A stretch of DNA of 64,000 nucleotides. Source: Bdellovibrio sp. (GTDB taxonomy: Bacteria; Bdellovibrionota; Bdellovibrionia; Bdellovibrionales; Bdellovibrionaceae). Made by a program: the position numbers and the translations under genes. Shown piece after piece: positions 10,284 through 21,143 of this stretch. The notes beneath the pieces were generated by a model. The model did no database searches. It was not told where the DNA came from and saw only the letters and a program-made list of their open reading frames with translations. Where the stretch lies: assembly GCA_036676395.1 (NCBI GenBank), contig JAKFCY010000003.1, positions 512,001 to 576,000 on the forward strand, given 5' to 3'. Every line of letters begins with the position of its first letter. The stretch's first letter is position 1.

Positions 10284-11702
10284 TTATTGTTCAAAAACAT
10301 CGTTAGCACCTTGTCCGCCACCAAGCGCAAGGCCGGGTAATGCCGGAGTGTTTTCAGGAGCTTCGTCTTCATCGTAGTTATCCATGTTGTCTTTAAGTGG
10401 ATTGTCCATGATGTAATTAAACGGTACGCCACGAACCTGTTTTACTAATTTAATTAATTCAGCGTTAATCATCGCACGAGCACGGTTTTCTTCTTTTCTA
10501 GACATTGAAGAAATCTGAACGTTATAAAAGAAATAATGTGGGCCATTTGTGCTGTTGATTACACCACCTAAAGCGATGTTGGTTCCGACGGTTCCGGTTT
10601 TAGCGACAACCATGCCACGTGTTTGTGGTTTTGTGTAAGCCGCTCCACCAACAGTAGAGCCCTTATCAACGCCCATTACGGCAACGATGTCAGTGATTTG
10701 TTTCTTTTGTTTTTGCACCGCTGTGTTTAGGGCACGAATCGTACGAACTACAACGCTACAAGAAGCTTCGTTGTATAAACGCCCAGAACCATCTAAATCG
10801 TGATTTTGTCCTGAACCATTAACAAATGAAAATTCAGATTCAGAAACTTTTAAAGTATCGTAATAGAAAGAATTTAATTTTTCTAAACCGCCGGCAGCCA
10901 CTAATAGACGATTTGAAGAGTGGTTGTTTGAATTCCAGTTCATTGATTTAATAATGGTGCGCATATCTTGAGAAGACACGTAAAGTTTAATTGCGTTTGC
11001 AGCTGGTTTAAATTCATTTGAAGCTTTGAACGAAGTTTTTGCGACAACAAAACGCGGAGATTTAAAAAGTTCGATACCGGCAGCCTTAGCAGTTAAATAA
11101 GTTTTAGAATAATCAGCTAAGATCACGCGTTGTTCTTTTAGTTGCGCTTCAACTAATTCTTTAGGCGGGTAATTTAAAGTCGCTTTTAAAGTCGTTGGGC
11201 GAACATAGGTGCGCGAAGGCACAGTTACTTTTTTTCCTTGTTTATTTTTAGTTACGCGATAACCAACCACGACAGAAAAGCCATTATAGGCGTCAGTATC
11301 GTGAAGATATTTTACATTTTCATCAAATGTAAGATTACGAATATTTTTAACTCCCGCTTCATTTAAACGAGAAACAATCATTTGCATTTTATAACGGTTG
11401 AAATATGGATCAGCGCTTCCTGTGATGTGTACATCGTGCGTAGTTTTATCAACCGGTGTAGCAAACACTTGTGTAGAAAAAGTTGTGCCTAAGTCGAAAG
11501 TCGTTGTGGCTAATAAACTAGTAAACAATTTAGAAACTGATGCAATTGGGTACTTAATGTTGATATTTGTACCTTTAATCTCTTTCATGTTCTGGTCCAT
11601 ATGACATGAACTAATCATCTTTGCGCCATAAACAGAATTCGCCACCAATGTGCCGATCATAAAAGACAAAAGAATAGGTTTGTTTACTAACTTGTTTAAC
11701 AT
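10284..11702 (-). CDS. Secreted DacB/PBP4-like DD-carboxy/endopeptidase (peptidase S13)
   Basis: SxxK (ASVSK), SxN (SNN), KTGT, NGSG; signal peptide from ATG 11702 with AGGTGG RBS. Confidence 0.85.
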   Translation of the reverse strand: MLNKLVNKPILLSFMIGTLVANSVYGAKMISSCHMDQNMKEIKGTNINIKYPIASVSKLFTSLLATTTFDLGTTFSTQVFATPVDKTTHDVHITGSADPYFNRYKMQMIVSRLNEAGVKNIRNLTFDENVKYLHDTDAYNGFSVVVGYRVTKNKQGKKVTVPSRTYVRPTTLKATLNYPPKELVEAQLKEQRVILADYSKTYLTAKAAGIELFKSPRFVVAKTSFKASNEFKPAANAIKLYVSSQDMRTIIKSMNWNSNNHSSNRLLVAAGGLEKLNSFYYDTLKVSESEFSFVNGSGQNHDLDGSGRLYNEASCSVVVRTIRALNTAVQKQKKQITDIVAVMGVDKGSTVGGAAYTKPQTRGMVVAKTGTVGTNIALGGVINSTNGPHYFFYNVQISSMSRKEENRARAMINAELIKLVKQVRGVPFNYIMDNPLKDNMDNYDEDEAPENTPALPGLALGGGQGANDVFEQ

Positions 11703-11730
11703 CACGTACCACCTGTTTGAGATGACATAA

Positions 11731-11746
11731 AGCAAGATAGAAACCC
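11731..11746 (-). promoter_or_regulatory. Sigma54-type promoter of the dacB-like gene
   Basis: GGGTTTCTATCTTGCT = GG-N10-GC. Confidence 0.55.
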
Positions 11747-11925
11747 CATTAAAGCTAATATATGCGACTTGGAGCAAGCATTGTCTAGTTATGTATCAAA
11801 TTGAGCTGTAAATTGTTAGTCAGGTGATCGTGTAAATTTTGACTTCAGGACCCAAAGATATTTTTATTTCTACAATAACGAAAAAGGCTTTGCTCTTTAG
11901 AAGTAACCCAATAAAATGATATGTA

Positions 11926-11941
11926 AGGCCGCGGTTTTGCA
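11926..11941 (+). promoter_or_regulatory. Sigma54-type promoter upstream of lon
   Basis: AGGCCGCGGTTTTGCA = GG-N10-GC. Confidence 0.5.
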
Positions 11942-12090
11942 TTCAATATAAATCACTTTATAATGAATAAATTAACCGCTCCCGACCAAGAAAGGGTCAC
12001 AAACCCAATCTCTGGTACTCGGTTAGGATAACCGGGGCGAAAAACTGGTAAAATGATTTACCGGTTTTATTCAAGGAAGGAGTTCTTTCA

Positions 12091-14616
12091 ATGGCGAAAA
12101 CAAACACAGCCGATACTCAACAACTACCCTTACTTCCTCTACGTGATCTCATCATCTTTCCTCATATGATGATGCCGTTATTTGTAGGACGTGAAAAAAG
12201 CATCAATGCATTAGAAGATGCTATGAGCAAACAAACGGATATCATTTTAGCAGCGCAAAAAGATGCTAAAACAAATAACCCTGAAGAAAAAGATATCTAC
12301 ACTATCGGCACTGTGGGTTCAATCATCCAACTTTTACGTTTACCAGATGGTACAGTAAAAGTATTAGTTGAAGGTAAACGCAGAGCACGCATCAAAGGTT
12401 TCGTACCGAATGATGGTTTCTTTGTAGTTAACTGCGAAGTCATTGAAGAAGAAGTTGAAAATCCAACTGAGGCTTCGGCTTTAGTCAGATCTGTAAAATC
12501 AACTTTTGAAACATACGTTAAATTAAATAAACGTATTCCACCTGAGATTTTAATGCGCGTTTCAAGCATTGAAAGCCCAGGAGAATTAGCTGACATTATC
12601 GTGGCTCAGTTAAATCTTAAATTAGAAGACAAACAAAATATTTTAGAAATCCTTGATCCATCTAAACGTTTAGAAAATCTATTAAACCTAATGACAGGTG
12701 AAATCGAAATTCTAGAAGTTGAGAAAAAAATTCGCACGCGTGTGAAAAAACAGATGGAAAAATCGCAGAAGGAATACTATTTGAATGAGCAAATGCAGGC
12801 TATTCAAAAAGAACTTGGCGAAAAAGATGATTATCAAGCCGAGTTAGAAGACCTTTCGACTAAGTGCAAAGATAAGAAAATGCCTCAAGAGGCAAAAGAT
12901 AAAGTTAATAAAGAAATCAAAAAATTGAAATTGATGTCACCCATGAGTGCTGAAGCTACTGTTGTAAGAAATTACATTGACTGGGTTTTATCGCTTCCTT
13001 GGACTGACTACTCAGAAGATCGTCATGACGTGAAAAACGCCAAGAAAATCTTAGATGAAGATCACTGGGGATTAGAAAAAGTTAAAGATCGTATTTTAGA
13101 ATACCTTGCTGTTTTATCGTTATCGAAAAACATGCGCGGGCCTATTATCTGTCTTGCCGGCCCTCCGGGCGTAGGTAAAACATCTTTAGCTAGATCTATC
13201 GCTGAATCTCTTAACAGACCATTTGCGCGTATCTCTTTAGGTGGCGTACGTGATGAAGCAGAGATTCGCGGTCATAGAAAAACATACGTAGGCGCGATGC
13301 CAGGTAAAATCCTGCAAGCATTACGTAAAGTTGATAAAGGCAATCCGGTAGTTCTATTAGATGAAATCGATAAAATGGCTAATGACTTCAGAGGTGACCC
13401 AGCGTCAGCAATGCTTGAAGTATTAGATCCAGAACAAAATTCATCTTTTTCGGATCACTATTTAGAGCTTGAGTACGATTTATCAAATGTGATGTTCGTG
13501 GCTACAGCAAATAATTTAGGTAATGTGCCAAGACCGTTACTTGATCGTATGGAAATCATTTATTTAGATGGTTACATCGAGCAAGAAAAGTTTCACATTG
13601 CTAAGAATTATTTAATCCCGAAACAAATCGGCAATCACGGTTTGAAAGATCTAAATATTACAATGAATGATAAAGCAGTTCGCGATGTTATTCGTTACTA
13701 CACTCGTGAAGCGGGCGTTCGTAACTTAGAGCGTGAATTTGCAAACGTGTTTCGTAAGGTAGCTAAAGACGTTGTTATGAATAACATGATCGACGATCTT
13801 AAATCTGAAGGAACGGCGACTACAAAAACTAAAGCTGCGCCGGCTAAAAAAGCGGCTAAAGGCAAAGCGGCTGCTAAAACTGCTAAAGCGCACAAAAAAG
13901 ATGGCTACGTAATTACATCAGAAAAACTGGTTGAATTACTTGGGCCACACAAACTACGCCATGGCGAGATCGAGAAAACAAACGAGATCGGTCTTACAAA
14001 TGGTATGGCTTGGACAGAAGTGGGCGGAGACTTACTAGCAGTAGAAGTTTCTGCGGTTCCGGGTAAAGGTAAATTCACAGTCACTGGTCAATTAGGTGAT
14101 GTGATGAAAGAGTCTTGTTCGGCAGCGATGAGCTACGTACGTTCTCGTGGACCTTTATTTGGTTTCGATAAAGAGTTTTACGCAAACATCGATATTCATA
14201 TCCATTTACCAGAAGGCGCTACTCCAAAAGATGGTCCTTCAGCAGGTATTGCTCTTGTAACTTCGGTTGTATCAGCGATCACGAAAATCCCGGTTCGTCG
14301 CACAGTTGCGATGACTGGCGAGATCTCGTTACGTGGTAAAGTATTAGCTATCGGTGGTTTAAAAGAGAAAGTCTTAGCTGCTCATCGTGGTGGTATTAAG
14401 ATGATTATCTGCCCGAAAGAAAACGAAAAAGATCTTAAAGACATTCCAAAAGAAGTTCTTAAAGAGCTAAAAGTGATCTTGGTAGACCATGTTGATCAAG
14501 TTTTAATCAACGCTTTAGACATTAAATCGCCTAAAGAGTTGTTCAAAATGCAGTCAGAGCGTGAATTCGGTATCAAAGCCAATTACACCGGGCAACAAGT
14601 TCATACTCAGCACTAA
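12091..14616 (+). CDS. lon: Lon protease
   Basis: LPLRD N-terminus, [17 protein letters not shown] catalytic Ser, IGGLKEK. Confidence 0.98.
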   Translation: MAKTNTADTQQLPLLPLRDLIIFPHMMMPLFVGREKSINALEDAMSKQTDIILAAQKDAKTNNPEEKDIYTIGTVGSIIQLLRLPDGTVKVLVEGKRRARIKGFVPNDGFFVVNCEVIEEEVENPTEASALVRSVKSTFETYVKLNKRIPPEILMRVSSIESPGELADIIVAQLNLKLEDKQNILEILDPSKRLENLLNLMTGEIEILEVEKKIRTRVKKQMEKSQKEYYLNEQMQAIQKELGEKDDYQAELEDLSTKCKDKKMPQEAKDKVNKEIKKLKLMSPMSAEATVVRNYIDWVLSLPWTDYSEDRHDVKNAKKILDEDHWGLEKVKDRILEYLAVLSLSKNMRGPIICLAGPPGVGKTSLARSIAESLNRPFARISLGGVRDEAEIRGHRKTYVGAMPGKILQALRKVDKGNPVVLLDEIDKMANDFRGDPASAMLEVLDPEQNSSFSDHYLELEYDLSNVMFVATANNLGNVPRPLLDRMEIIYLDGYIEQEKFHIAKNYLIPKQIGNHGLKDLNITMNDKAVRDVIRYYTREAGVRNLEREFANVFRKVAKDVVMNNMIDDLKSEGTATTKTKAAPAKKAAKGKAAAKTAKAHKKDGYVITSEKLVELLGPHKLRHGEIEKTNEIGLTNGMAWTEVGGDLLAVEVSAVPGKGKFTVTGQLGDVMKESCSAAMSYVRSRGPLFGFDKEFYANIDIHIHLPEGATPKDGPSAGIALVTSVVSAITKIPVRRTVAMTGEISLRGKVLAIGGLKEKVLAAHRGGIKMIICPKENEKDLKDIPKEVLKELKVILVDHVDQVLINALDIKSPKELFKMQSEREFGIKANYTGQQVHTQH

Positions 14617-14649
14617 TAAGATTCTGTTAAAAAACTGAATAAATACTTT

Positions 14650-14685
14650 AGAAGGAGAGCCTAAAAACTCTCCTTCTTGCTTTTT
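14650..14685 (+). terminator. Terminator after lon
   Basis: AGAAGGAGAG...CTCTCCTTCT stem followed by a T-rich tract. Confidence 0.75.
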
Positions 14686-14890
14686 ATTTTGGCATAAATG
14701 GTATTATTCAGTGCAATGTTCTTAAAAACCTACATAACTGTATGAAATTTTTAAGTTAACTCAAGAATCACAGAGCCCTTAAATTTAAAAAAATTCGACT
14801 AGATGTAAGTTTGTTGACCCGATCTTACAAAATCTGTACTTTCCTTTTCATTCATTTCCAGACGAAAAACTGACAAAGGATTAACACAAA

Positions 14891-16003
14891 ATGAACGCAG
14901 ATCGTGTATACGAACTAGGTAAGCTCTACTGCGATCGTGGTGATTATCAACTAGCATTACCCAACTTGATTGAAGCCGCAGACGCCTACTTAGCCGAGAA
15001 AAATTTTGAGGTTTACTTAAAAGCTGCTCAGCATATCTTACGTATTTATGCTGAACGTGAAGAGTTTGAACGCCTATCAGCGTACAAAGAAAAGCTGCAA
15101 GACACCGTTATCCGTGAAAATATTCAATTAAATTCACGCGTGTATTATGTTTTTGGTATCGCCGCTGTTTACAAAGGCCAAATCGAAAACGGTTTAGAAT
15201 ATTTTAAAATTGCTTTAGACCATGCTTTAAAAACTGATCACAAAGAAGACATCTGCTTTGCGATCTTAGGTATCGCGATTTGTTACCGTCATCAAAAACG
15301 TTACGAAGAATCGTTAAAAGAAATTTACAATTTAAATATCTTTACCCAATTCACCGACAACGTAGATTTAAAAACATCTGTGTTATCAGTGAACGCGAAC
15401 ATTTTAATTTCACTTAAAAAATACGACCAAGCTTTAGATTTATTATGGCAGGCCTATGATGTGACTAAACAATCGAAAAAGATGGCAACATCTTTAACGA
15501 TCATGGGTAACATCGGCGTTTGCTTATTTGAATTGGGTCAACGTGATGCTGCTAAAATTTATTTCGATTTAGTTTTACGCAGTGTTGATACAGATAATTC
15601 AAAAAAAATCTTACGCTCGTATGAAAATTACATCGATAGCTACAAGAACACGAACAAAGACACTTTTGATTTATCTTTCGACTTTGATAATCACTTAGTT
15701 AAAGAACGCCAATTAGGTAAAATTGATTTCAAAAACCAATTTATTCTTTTGGATCTGTTAAAACTGTTTATCTCTAAACAGGGTGAAGTGTTTTCAAAAG
15801 AATACCTTGTCGAACACATCTGGAAACAAGAATATGATCCGGCAGTTCACGACAATAAAATCTATGTGACGATTAAGCGTCTTAGAAAAATGATCGAGCC
15901 AGATTACGATCGTCCAAAATATATTTTTAGGTCTAAGAACGGTTATTTCTTAAACAAATCAATCAAAGTTAGTGATCAGATTGCTCAAGAGGGGAGAGTC
16001 TAG
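14891..16003 (+). CDS. TPR protein with C-terminal OmpR/PhoB-type winged-helix domain
   Basis: TPR-like repeats; GEVFSKEYLVEHIW...IYVTIKRLRK...GYF. Confidence 0.85.
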   Translation: MNADRVYELGKLYCDRGDYQLALPNLIEAADAYLAEKNFEVYLKAAQHILRIYAEREEFERLSAYKEKLQDTVIRENIQLNSRVYYVFGIAAVYKGQIENGLEYFKIALDHALKTDHKEDICFAILGIAICYRHQKRYEESLKEIYNLNIFTQFTDNVDLKTSVLSVNANILISLKKYDQALDLLWQAYDVTKQSKKMATSLTIMGNIGVCLFELGQRDAAKIYFDLVLRSVDTDNSKKILRSYENYIDSYKNTNKDTFDLSFDFDNHLVKERQLGKIDFKNQFILLDLLKLFISKQGEVFSKEYLVEHIWKQEYDPAVHDNKIYVTIKRLRKMIEPDYDRPKYIFRSKNGYFLNKSIKVSDQIAQEGRV

Positions 16004-16596
16004 TGAAACAGGTAGCTTTATTATTAACGGTAGTATTATCGGGGTTATTCGCGCACGCACAGGTAGATGATGTCGGCGGGGATAAGCAAACTAAGGTAGG
16101 TTCTTGCGGTTATAACACATCAGGTGGGGGCGCAGATACTTTTCCTTGGTCATTAGCTCAACCATTTCCTTGGGATTCAATTCAAGGTTTATGGAAAGTC
16201 AGCGACGATCCAGATCAAGTCGTTCGTATGCGTGTAGTTCGCCAAGACCAAAAAGTTAAACACTTGAGCGTAGATGTGCTTTCACGTCTTGCATGTGCTT
16301 CGACGATGAAAGGTGTTGGTATCATCACGGCCGCTGAGAAAAACGTAGTCCGTTTAAGCTTAACGGATACTCAAGGCCAAACTCATTTAATGAAGTTAGC
16401 TTTCTTTGATACTCGCGATCTAAAAATGGACACGAATGTCTGCGGCCAATCAGTTTTGGCGGCTACAGTGGTTCATTTTGAAGGCGAAGGCGAAGACGAT
16501 GGCAGTAGTGATCAAAAACCAGCAGAACAATCAAATATGATGCTGAAAAAGATTACAAACTCGACAGAGTTCTACTGCAAAAAACGCAGAAGATAG
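16003..16596 (+). CDS. Secreted hypothetical protein
   Basis: Signal peptide (AHA), Gly-rich N-terminus, GAGGGGAG RBS. Confidence 0.75.
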   Translation: MKQVALLLTVVLSGLFAHAQVDDVGGDKQTKVGSCGYNTSGGGADTFPWSLAQPFPWDSIQGLWKVSDDPDQVVRMRVVRQDQKVKHLSVDVLSRLACASTMKGVGIITAAEKNVVRLSLTDTQGQTHLMKLAFFDTRDLKMDTNVCGQSVLAATVVHFEGEGEDDGSSDQKPAEQSNMMLKKITNSTEFYCKKRRR

Positions 16597-16656
16597 TATT
16601 TTTTAGTTGAACGCGGGCTATAGCTTATATATATCTATAGCCCAATCGCAAACGAC

Positions 16657-16732
16657 AGGGAATTAGCTCAGTTGGTAGAGCGCCACCCTTACAAGGTGGA
16701 TGTCGTCGGTTCGAATCCGGCATTCCCTACCA
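16657..16732 (+). tRNA. tRNA-Val(TAC)
   Basis: AGGGAAT/ATTCCCT acceptor stem, anticodon arm CCACC-CTTACAA-GGTGG, GGTTCGAATCC, encoded CCA. Confidence 0.97.
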
Positions 16733-16756
16733 TTTTCAGACATTTAGTTTGTGATA

Positions 16757-16784
16757 AAAAAACCAGCCTCGCAGCTGGTTTTTT
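16757..16784. terminator. Bidirectional terminator after tRNA-Val
   Basis: A6-CCAGC...GCTGG-T6. Confidence 0.8.
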
Positions 16785-16798
16785 AGTTTTACGGGTAT

Positions 16799-17536
16799 TT
16801 ATTCTAAAGCGATTCCTACACCGACTGATATACCGCTCTGATCGAATTCAATTTTTGTTGTAGTTGAACCTTGTGACATATCTCCATCTCCCGATCCAAA
16901 GGTATAATTCACATCTAAAAATGCTGCATCTGCCATAAAGACAAGTACACCAAGCGCAATAGCAGTTGCAGACATTTTTCCTTCGATTCTAGGGTTTGCG
17001 TAGAGATCAGAACTTAAACCTATAAATTCTAGCCCTGCATAAGGAATAGCTTTATTTTTTGAAATATTTTCGACAAAAAAGTATTTTCCGCCAAACCCGA
17101 ATGAAGTTGAAAGGTCTTCAAAGCCATCAACACTTTCTTTTTTGTTAAAGATTGAAAAACCCAGAGCGAAATTTTTGAAATTATAATAATAATTTCCATC
17201 AATCTCAGTCGTTTTCGCTTCAGTTTTTACTGAAGTACTTCCGTTTTTAACTGTTACATCTTGAGTGTAAGACTTTAGAAACCCAGTAATTAAGTGAGTT
17301 CGTTTATAATCTGGCTTAACTTCGACATTCATCGGTGTAATAACTTGAGCTTGAGCAATCTGACTAGGTTCAGAATCAATAGATAAATTTTGCAATACCA
17401 GTGTGGAAGATGTAGTAATCGCATCGCTCGGATCAAACTTAATTACTGCCTTACCATTAGCAACTTGAACTACAGTAATTTCAGCATTTGCTGCCGCTGA
17501 TGCAAAAATTGCCAAGATGCCGAATAAAAATCTCAT
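16799..17536 (-). CDS. Outer-membrane beta-barrel protein
   Basis: Signal peptide, alternating amphipathic strands (IPYAGLEF, ISVGVGIAL). Confidence 0.7.
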   Translation of the reverse strand: MRFLFGILAIFASAAANAEITVVQVANGKAVIKFDPSDAITTSSTLVLQNLSIDSEPSQIAQAQVITPMNVEVKPDYKRTHLITGFLKSYTQDVTVKNGSTSVKTEAKTTEIDGNYYYNFKNFALGFSIFNKKESVDGFEDLSTSFGFGGKYFFVENISKNKAIPYAGLEFIGLSSDLYANPRIEGKMSATAIALGVLVFMADAAFLDVNYTFGSGDGDMSQGSTTTKIEFDQSGISVGVGIALE

Positions 17537-17642
17537 GAGAACTCCTTCAGTGTAATGAAAGTCTCAATGAGTAAATAGGCGTCGGCAACTAAAAATTTAT
17601 TTACCTCAACGAAGGTCGGCTTCTAAAACAAAATCAAAATTC

Positions 17643-18422
17643 TTAAGATTCGTTTTTCGCACCAGTTCCTAAAAAGGGTTTAATTAAATCCATCGGAAAC
17701 GGAACAATAATCGTTGATGTGCGTTCGTTGGTCATTTCAATCATGGATTGCAGATAGCGTAACTGTAGTGAGACCGAATTTTTTGATAACACGTCGGCAG
17801 CTTCTGAAATTTTTTGGCTGGCTTGCATTTCGCCTTCAGCAGAGATGACTTTGGCCCGACGTTCACGCTCGGCTTCGGCTTGTCGAGCCATGGCTCTTTG
17901 CATTTCATTCGGAAGATCTACGCCCTTGATTTCTACGTGACTGACTTTCACACCCCAAGGATCAGTTTGCGCATCTAAAATTTCTTGTAAGTTTTTATTC
18001 AAACGTTCGCGTTCGCTCAGTACGGTATCTAAATCTACCTGGCCTAAGACTGAGCGTAGCGTGGTTTGTGCTAATTGCGAAGTAGCTATGAAATAATCTT
18101 CGACTTCGATGGTTGAGCGTATCGGTTCGACTACTCTGAAAAACACGACGGCATTCACTTTCATGGTGACGTTATCTTTGGTGATAATGTCTTGCGGTTG
18201 TACATCCATGGTTACGGTTCGTAAATCTACGCGCACCATTTTATCAATCACCGGAATAAGAATGATCAAGCCGGGCCCTTTGGCGCCGATGATACGCCCA
18301 AGGCGAAAAATAACACCACGTTCATACTCTTTAAGGATGCGGATAGCCTGAACTAAAAACCATCCAATCGCTATCGCGATTAATAACATTCCCGAAGGTA
18401 TTGATAGTCCGAAATCTTCCAT
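17643..18422 (-). CDS. SPFH/stomatin (slipin) family protein
   Basis: [39 protein letters not shown]. Confidence 0.95.
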   Translation of the reverse strand: MEDFGLSIPSGMLLIAIAIGWFLVQAIRILKEYERGVIFRLGRIIGAKGPGLIILIPVIDKMVRVDLRTVTMDVQPQDIITKDNVTMKVNAVVFFRVVEPIRSTIEVEDYFIATSQLAQTTLRSVLGQVDLDTVLSERERLNKNLQEILDAQTDPWGVKVSHVEIKGVDLPNEMQRAMARQAEAERERRAKVISAEGEMQASQKISEAADVLSKNSVSLQLRYLQSMIEMTNERTSTIIVPFPMDLIKPFLGTGAKNES

Positions 18423-18427
18423 GTTAA

Positions 18428-19738
18428 CTACTCCTTATCTCGAACTACATCGAGAGTTAAACCGTGCATGTCGCGTACGACAACGGCATCATTTTCATTT
18501 AAGCGATCCTTTGAAACGAATTTCCATAATTCACCGTGAATTAATATTTGTCCGGATTTACCATCGGTATCCAAATTTTTAACTTGTCCTTTGCGGCCTT
18601 GAACGCCGGCAATGCCACCGCGATCTAGTAATGCTTTCTCAGATTGTTTTTTAAGTCGTGAAACTAAATAGCCCATCAGCAAGGTTGCAAATAATGAAAC
18701 ACTGCCGATGATGGCGATGAGCCAACGGCTGATTCTTAAATCGGTGGCCGCAGGATCAACAACCCATAAAAGCCCAAAAACTAAAGCAATGCTTCCGCCA
18801 AAAGCGAGAACGCCTCCAGAGCCCACAAAAATTTCGGCAATAATTAAAGCGGCACCAAGCCCTAAAAGAATGAGTCCGCCAAGATGTATAGGTATAGATT
18901 GAAAAGCAATAAAGGCGACGATCAAACACAGTCCACCTAGAATTCCACCTAATCCTAAGCCGGGGGCTGATAGTTCGGCATAAATCAGCAAGATGCCGAT
19001 CGACATTAAGATAGCTGCGACATTCGGATGCGCTAAATAATTTAGAACTTGTTCACCTAAAGTCATTTCAACAGTATGAAGTGTTGGTGCGGGATTGGTG
19101 TTTAACGTGATGTTCGTTTGTCCGATAAGTACACGTCGTTGATGAATGGATTGCCATAGAATTTTTTGCTCAGGGGCGATGACATCAATTAACTTAATTT
19201 TTAAAGCTTCTTCAGCAGTGAAGCTATTACTTTTAGTCACGACTTCGCCAGCGGCTTTGATATTTCGTTTTCGTAATTCAGCCATTGACCTGGCAAAGGC
19301 CGCAATATCGTTGACGGCTTTTTCGGCCATAGTGCCTTTGATATCTTCGCCCTGAGCCCCCACGGGATGAGCGGCGCCAATGTTGGTTCCGGGTGCCATT
19401 GCTGCTATGTGGGATGAAATCATTAACAGCGCACCTGCAGATGTAGCAGCGGCTCCGGCTGGAGCTGTATAAACGATCACAGGAATTTTTGCGTTTTGAA
19501 TACTTTGCGCCATTTCGCGCACGCTAGAAACAAGACCGCCTGGAGTATCAAGTTCAATTAGTAAAAAATCGGCTTTAGCAGCTTCGGCTTTTTCTATCGC
19601 TCGCGCCATGTAGCGCGCTACTGCAGGGTTAATCGTGCCACGAATTTTAATATGATAAGAAACTGATGCCACCGCATTAACAGAAGTAAAAAAAAGTATC
19701 GCGAGGCACACGAAGCGTAAAAATTTTGGCATAATCAT
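18428..19738 (-). CDS. nfeD: NfeD long-form membrane serine protease
   Basis: [21 protein letters not shown]-terminal HGELW; canonical partner of the SPFH gene; start moved to ATG 19738 (or 19732) because the longer ORF start overlaps the promoter. Confidence 0.9.
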   Translation of the reverse strand: MIMPKFLRFVCLAILFFTSVNAVASVSYHIKIRGTINPAVARYMARAIEKAEAAKADFLLIELDTPGGLVSSVREMAQSIQNAKIPVIVYTAPAGAAATSAGALLMISSHIAAMAPGTNIGAAHPVGAQGEDIKGTMAEKAVNDIAAFARSMAELRKRNIKAAGEVVTKSNSFTAEEALKIKLIDVIAPEQKILWQSIHQRRVLIGQTNITLNTNPAPTLHTVEMTLGEQVLNYLAHPNVAAILMSIGILLIYAELSAPGLGLGGILGGLCLIVAFIAFQSIPIHLGGLILLGLGAALIIAEIFVGSGGVLAFGGSIALVFGLLWVVDPAATDLRISRWLIAIIGSVSLFATLLMGYLVSRLKKQSEKALLDRGGIAGVQGRKGQVKNLDTDGKSGQILIHGELWKFVSKDRLNENDAVVVRDMHGLTLDVVRDKE

Positions 19739-19748
19739 TCTCGTATAG

Positions 19749-19764
19749 AGCAATGCCTATGCCA
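19749..19764 (-). promoter_or_regulatory. Sigma54-type promoter of nfeD-SPFH
   Basis: TGGCATAGGCATTGCT, near consensus. Confidence 0.7.
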
Positions 19765-19791
19765 CGGGGCAAACTACCTCGAAAATTATAA

Positions 19792-20205
19792 TTAATCTTT
19801 TAATTCAACACACGACATTTGAAGTGCGTCTTTGCGAAATTCTGATTCTGGAAATTGGCCAGAAAAAATTCCTAAACCTTCGATGGGTAATATGCTCATC
19901 ACAAGTTGTTCGTTCATATCGGCATGGTCTAATTGAACTGCATCTACTTGTGGATTTAGATTTACATTCGCATTTACTGCAGAACGTTTTTCTAAAAGGC
20001 CTTGTGAACCCATTGTCCATAAAGATACTTCGGCGATTGTGCCTGCAACATCGCGCACGCGAATTTCAAAAAGCTCGTCGATGTGTGCCGGTGAATAGCA
20101 GTTAAATTCACGAGCTCTTTCATCGCCTCCGCTTGAAATAGGGCCGGCTACAGCCATTGCAGATAATAGGGTCATTGTTAATGTGATCAATACTTTTAGT
20201 TTCAT
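19792..20205 (-). CDS. Small secreted protein
   Basis: AGGAG RBS, MKLKVLITL signal peptide, GPISSGG N-terminus, two Cys. Confidence 0.75.
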   Translation of the reverse strand: MKLKVLITLTMTLLSAMAVAGPISSGGDERAREFNCYSPAHIDELFEIRVRDVAGTIAEVSLWTMGSQGLLEKRSAVNANVNLNPQVDAVQLDHADMNEQLVMSILPIEGLGIFSGQFPESEFRKDALQMSCVELKD

Positions 20206-20263
20206 AACTTGTTCTCCTTGTAGCCGATCTTGTAACAAAAAAGCAAATTTACTTCAGTATGAA

Positions 20264-20298
20264 TTAAATAATCAAAATAATTGAGTTTGATTATTTAA
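20264..20298. promoter_or_regulatory. 13-bp perfect inverted repeat, candidate operator
   Basis: TTAAATAATCAAA-N9-TTTGATTATTTAA between divergent genes. Confidence 0.55.
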
Positions 20299-20322
20299 CA
20301 TAAACGATATAAAAACCTCGCC

Positions 20323-21123
20323 ATGACTGATTTATTCAAATTCCACGACTATAAAGACTATTTAAAACAATTGGTTAAAATTAATGAAGATGTCAGGGGC
20401 TATCAGGCGCGTTTGGCCCGCGAAGCTGCATGCCAGCCGTCGTACCTTTCACAGGTGTTAACAGCTAATGCTGATTTAACCACAGACCATGCTTTAAACC
20501 TTTCAACATTCTTAGGATTTGATGATTTAGAAAAAGAATATCTTTTAACTTTGATCATGTTGGCTAAGGCTGCGTCGGTAAAAAATAAACGCTATTTTGA
20601 AAAAAAGTTATCCCAGCTACGCAAACAACATTCAAGCCTGACGAAAAGAATTAACTCTGATGAAGAGTACGCAAAAGACGTTGAGCTTATCTACCATAGC
20701 AGTTGGGTCTATGCGGCGGTGCATGTGGCGACCAGTATTTCAGGGCAAACGGCAATGGCTATCGCTGAAAAGCTGCGTCTAACTGTAGGTGAAGTTTCAA
20801 GTGTTTTAAAAATTTTGGCGGGATACGGTTTAGTAAAAAGCGATGGTGATAAATGGATTTATGTCACAGGTTCGACGCATCTTCCGGATGAATCCTATAT
20901 GACAATGGTGAATCATTCAAACTGGCGCCTAAAATCAGTGAGCAACATTCCTCAACGTAATGAAAACGATCTGCGTTACACCTCTGTATTTACAATGTCG
21001 CAAGAAGATGCGGATAAATTAAAAGAAGAAATGTTGAAAGTGATAAAACAATGGCGCGGCAAGATCGCTCCTTCACAACCTGAAGTAACGATGGCGATCT
21101 TGTGCGATTTTTTTGAAGTTTAA
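20323..21123 (+). CDS. TIGR02147-like protein (N-terminal HTH, DUF4423-like C-terminus)
   Basis: DYKDYLK, PSYLSQVL HTH, YHSSW, C-terminal DFF. Confidence 0.8.
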   Translation: MTDLFKFHDYKDYLKQLVKINEDVRGYQARLAREAACQPSYLSQVLTANADLTTDHALNLSTFLGFDDLEKEYLLTLIMLAKAASVKNKRYFEKKLSQLRKQHSSLTKRINSDEEYAKDVELIYHSSWVYAAVHVATSISGQTAMAIAEKLRLTVGEVSSVLKILAGYGLVKSDGDKWIYVTGSTHLPDESYMTMVNHSNWRLKSVSNIPQRNENDLRYTSVFTMSQEDADKLKEEMLKVIKQWRGKIAPSQPEVTMAILCDFFEV

Positions 21124-21125
21124 TT
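21099..21125 (+). repeat. Left direct repeat (3' end of the TIGR02147-like gene)
   Basis: CTTGTGCGA-T7-GAAGTTTAATT; second copy at 22986-23013. Confidence 0.8.
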
Positions 21126-21143
21126 GTTCTAAAGTGCGAATAT

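Noticed and set aside
16672..16863. 63-aa ORF
   Set aside because: Overlaps tRNA-Val and its terminator
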